Below are positions 61,232 through 64,000 of a DNA stretch of 64,000 bases, one piece after another. Location: the NCBI GenBank assembly GCA_965656625.1, contig CBFHLG010000013.1, positions 2,549 through 66,548 on the forward strand, given 5' to 3'. Numbering within the stretch: the stretch's first letter is position 1; each line of letters opens with the position of its first letter. The notes below the pieces were generated by a model. It did no database searches. It was not told the origin of the DNA and worked only from the letters and a program-made list of their open reading frames with translations. The position numbers were made by a program, and so were the translations under genes. The stretch is from Candidatus Puniceispirillaceae bacterium (GTDB lineage Bacteria; Pseudomonadota; Alphaproteobacteria; Puniceispirillales; Puniceispirillaceae).

Positions 61232-61325
61232 AACAAAGCGTCTCCTGCCTGCCCATCAGAGAAGGGATAAGGTCATGGTTCAGCAGCCTGCAGCCCCGCC
61301 CAGCGGCAGACCGGCCAGGCTGCTC

Positions 61326-62018
61326 TCAGTCTGCCTTATATTTATACCCAATTCCGTACAGTGTCTCAATTCTGTCAAATTCTGGATCGGAGACCCTGAA
61401 TTTCCGCCTGATGCGTTTGATGTGACTGTCGATTGTTCTGTCTTCCAGAAACACTGCATCGCCATAGGCCGCATCCATAAGCTGGTCCCGGTTTTTGACA
61501 TGCCCGGGCCGCATGGCCAGCGCCTGAAGCAACAGGAACTCTGTCACTGTCAGCTTCACTTCACGGCCTTTCCATGAACAAAGATGCTTATCAGGGTCCA
61601 GCACCAGATCCCCTTGTGAGACCACAGACGCCGGTGAGGCTTCACTGTCTTCCAGCCCGACGCGCCGCAACACGGCTTTAATTCTGGCCAGCAGAAGACG
61701 CTGGGAAAACGGCTTGGTGATATAATCATCTGCGCCCATGCCCAGGCCTAAGGCTTCGTCAAGCTCATCATCTTTACTGGTCAGGAAAATCACCGGCACA
61801 GAAGAACGTTGGCGTAGCTTATTCAGTAATTCTGTGCCGTCCATACGCGGCATTTTGATATCCAGAACAGCCAAGGCAGGAGGCTTGCGCAAGAGCCCGC
61901 TTAACGCCTGTTCACTGTCGAAATAGGTGTCAACTTCATACCCCTCTGCCTCCAGCATCAGGGCAACAGAGGTTAGGATATTTTGGTCATCATCCACCAA
62001 TGCCAGTCTGGTTGCCAT
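61326..62018 (-). CDS. chvI: OmpR-family response regulator, ChvI type
   Basis: [27 protein letters not shown]..., receiver Asp in [13 protein letters not shown], and a winged-helix C-terminus ([11 protein letters not shown]). The start is taken at the ATG 5 nt after GAGG; the track ORF begins 14 codons earlier. Confidence 0.88.
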   Translation of the reverse strand: MATRLALVDDDQNILTSVALMLEAEGYEVDTYFDSEQALSGLLRKPPALAVLDIKMPRMDGTELLNKLRQRSSVPVIFLTSKDDELDEALGLGMGADDYITKPFSQRLLLARIKAVLRRVGLEDSEASPASVVSQGDLVLDPDKHLCSWKGREVKLTVTEFLLLQALAMRPGHVKNRDQLMDAAYGDAVFLEDRTIDSHIKRIRRKFRVSDPEFDRIETLYGIGYKYKAD

Positions 62019-62179
62019 GCCGTCCTCTTTGCTTCGTCTGTCGTCTGTGTTGTTTTCCATCTGCCTTAATAAGCCTGTTCTTATCGCTCAAACTGAGGCC
62101 GTTAAAAGGCAAAAATAAGGCACCTAAACTGGGGCTACGCTCTTCTAAGACAGACGCCAACCGGCAACAAGCCGGGTGT

Positions 62180-64000
62180 CTAATGAGCCTCAGACCAGCT
62201 GTCAGCAATGCCGGCTTCGGCTATCAGCGGAACCTTCAGCGCGCACACAGGTTCAGCCGCCTGTTCCATAACAGCCGTAATCACAGACACCGCCTGTTCC
62301 GCCTGACCTTCAGGCACTTCAAAGATCAGCTCATCATGAACCTGAAGCAGCATCACCGCATCAAGGCTCTCTGCTTCTAGAGCGGCCGGCAGACGGCACA
62401 TCGCCCGTTTGATGATATCAGCCGCGCTGCCCTGTATAGGGGCATTGATGGCCTGGCGTTCGGCAAAGCCGCGCATGGCCGGGGTCTTTTCACCAATTTG
62501 CGGGATATGAATACGCCTTCCGAACAGGGTTTCCACAAACTGGTGTTCATGGGCAAATTGTTTGGCGTCATCCATATAGGATTTAATCCCCGGGAAGCGT
62601 TCAAGATAGGCCTTTATGTAATCTCTTGCCTCACCCTGCGGCACTGAGAGCTGGCGGGCCAGACCAAAGCCTGAAATGCCATAGATAATCCCGAAATTAA
62701 TTGCCTTCGCCCGCCGCCTTGTTTCAGCATCCATAGTCTCCAATGGAATCCCAAACACTTCTGCTGCGGTCTGGGCGTGAATATCAACGCCTTGTCTGAA
62801 CGCTTCGATCATACTGGCTTCATCGGCAACATGGGCAACAAGGCGCAATTCTATTTGGCTGTAATCAGCAGAAATAAGCTTACACCCCGGCCGGGCCACA
62901 AAGGCGGTTCTGATCTGACGGCCCTCAGCGGTCCGGATGGGGATATTCTGCAGGTTTGGATCAGAAGAGGACAGCCTGCCTGTTGACGCCCCAACCATGG
63001 AAAAAGAGGTGTGAACCCGCCCGGTGCGCGCATTTACCGATTTAGTCAGCGCGTCGGTATAGGTTGATTTCAGCTTGGCCAATTGCCTGTAATCCAGCAC
63101 AGATTTCGCGATATCAACACCGTTTGCGGCCAAATCTTCTAAAATATCTGCGCCTGTTGAATACGCCCCTGTCTTTGATTTCTTGCCCCCTTCAATACCC
63201 AGCTTGTCAAACAGGATTTCACCCAGCTGTTTTGGAGACGCCACGTTAAACGCCTCGCCGGCTTGGCGGTGAATGTCGGCTTCCAAATCGGCTATGCGGA
63301 TCGCAAAATCAGCTGACAGCCGTTTCAAAATGGTCTGGTCAACCGCGATACCGGCGGCCTCCATCTGCGCCAGAACCGGTATCAAAGGCCGTTCAAGCCG
63401 TTCATAAACATGGGCCATGCCTTCACGGGCCAGACGCGGCTTCAGCATCATCCACAACCGAAGCGTGATATCAGCATCTTCGGCGGCGTAGGCACAAGCC
63501 TGCTCCGGGTCAACCTCAGCAAAGGAAATCTGTTTTGCCCCTTTGCCGCACACCTCCTCATATTTGATGGTGGTATGCTGGAGCAGGTTTGACGCCAGAT
63601 GATCAAGACCATGACGGTCAGTGCGGCCCGCATCCAATACATAAGACAGACACATCGTGTCATCGACCGGTGTCAGCGAAAAGCCGCCATTTCTTTCATG
63701 CAGAAAAATATGCGCATCATATTTCAGATTATGACCGATCTTCAGAACCGCGCTGTCTGCGCATAAAACCTTCAGCCGGGCCAGCGCAACATCACAACCT
63801 ATCTGCTCAAATACAGCCGCGGACGCATCTTCCGGCCCGTCACTGTCAAAATCGAGGCCGGGCTGGGCTGTTGTATCTGCCCCGGCGCGGCGATGCCGCA
63901 ACGGAATATAACAGGCTTTTCCCGGTGCTGTAGCCAGAGCCACACCGACCAGTTCAGCCGCCGCCGCGTTCAGGCTGGTGGTCTCTGTATCGATCGCCAC
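62180..64000 (-). CDS. polA: DNA polymerase I, C-terminal part (end of the 3'-5' exonuclease domain plus the polymerase domain); the 5' end lies outside the window
   Basis: AIDTETTSL ExoI motif, motif A (LISADYSQIELR), motif B (RRRAKAINFGIIYG), and motif C (LLQVHDELIFE). The ORF runs off the window edge. Confidence 0.95.
   Translation of the reverse strand: MAIDTETTSLNAAAAELVGVALATAPGKACYIPLRHRRAGADTTAQPGLDFDSDGPEDASAAVFEQIGCDVALARLKVLCADSAVLKIGHNLKYDAHIFLHERNGGFSLTPVDDTMCLSYVLDAGRTDRHGLDHLASNLLQHTTIKYEEVCGKGAKQISFAEVDPEQACAYAAEDADITLRLWMMLKPRLAREGMAHVYERLERPLIPVLAQMEAAGIAVDQTILKRLSADFAIRIADLEADIHRQAGEAFNVASPKQLGEILFDKLGIEGGKKSKTGAYSTGADILEDLAANGVDIAKSVLDYRQLAKLKSTYTDALTKSVNARTGRVHTSFSMVGASTGRLSSSDPNLQNIPIRTAEGRQIRTAFVARPGCKLISADYSQIELRLVAHVADEASMIEAFRQGVDIHAQTAAEVFGIPLETMDAETRRRAKAINFGIIYGISGFGLARQLSVPQGEARDYIKAYLERFPGIKSYMDDAKQFAHEHQFVETLFGRRIHIPQIGEKTPAMRGFAERQAINAPIQGSAADIIKRAMCRLPAALEAESLDAVMLLQVHDELIFEVPEGQAEQAVSVITAVMEQAAEPVCALKVPLIAEAGIADSWSEAH

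Overview
This window reads as a core, housekeeping stretch of an alphaproteobacterial chromosome. Hand-sampled lines give roughly 55-63% GC. The alphaproteobacterial assignment rests on the gene content: ChvI/ChvG, an Irr-type Fur regulator, AddAB of the alpha type, gltD-before-gltB order, and the block aroA-cmk-rpsA-ihfB-lapA-trpFBA-accD-folC-trxA-addAB-tsaE-ahcY.

I can support about 55 protein-coding genes, listed in window order:
- lepA and leuA
- the thrS-infC-rpmI-rplT-pheS-pheT block
- a GT4 glycosyltransferase, a hydrolase, a GST and a GNAT
- gltD-gltB, uppP, and an NDUFA9-like SDR
- a small accessory metabolic cluster
- a DMT transporter, glk, irr, katG, a nitroreductase, and an RNase D-like exonuclease
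- lptCAB
- the aroA-to-folC block named above, then trxA, addA/addB, tsaE, ahcY, rapZ, chvG/chvI, and the 3' part of polA

There are three dispersed tRNA genes: Ser-GGA, Leu-CAG and Ala-GGC. I also list several intrinsic terminators and sigma70-like promoters.

I see no transposase, integrase, prophage, CRISPR array, toxin-antitoxin pair or recognisable defence system. I do not find a convincing novel multi-gene system. The items most worth a second look are:
- A low-GC (about 38-40%) one-gene islet right after tRNA-Leu, encoding a secreted choice-of-anchor-I beta-propeller protein.
- A divergent VOC / homocysteine S-methyltransferase / aminotransferase and PaaI-thioesterase / SDR cluster of unassigned function, next to a decayed IorB-like molybdoenzyme fragment.
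- Both canonical PTS-Ntr / sigma-54 neighbourhoods (after lptB and after chvG) are empty, while rapZ is retained.
- An Irr-type regulator directly upstream of katG, with an ICE-like site and a perfect 19-nt palindrome in between.
- An ATA-initiated infC, followed by a long structured leader between infC and rpmI.

All regulatory calls are made by eye and carry low confidence.
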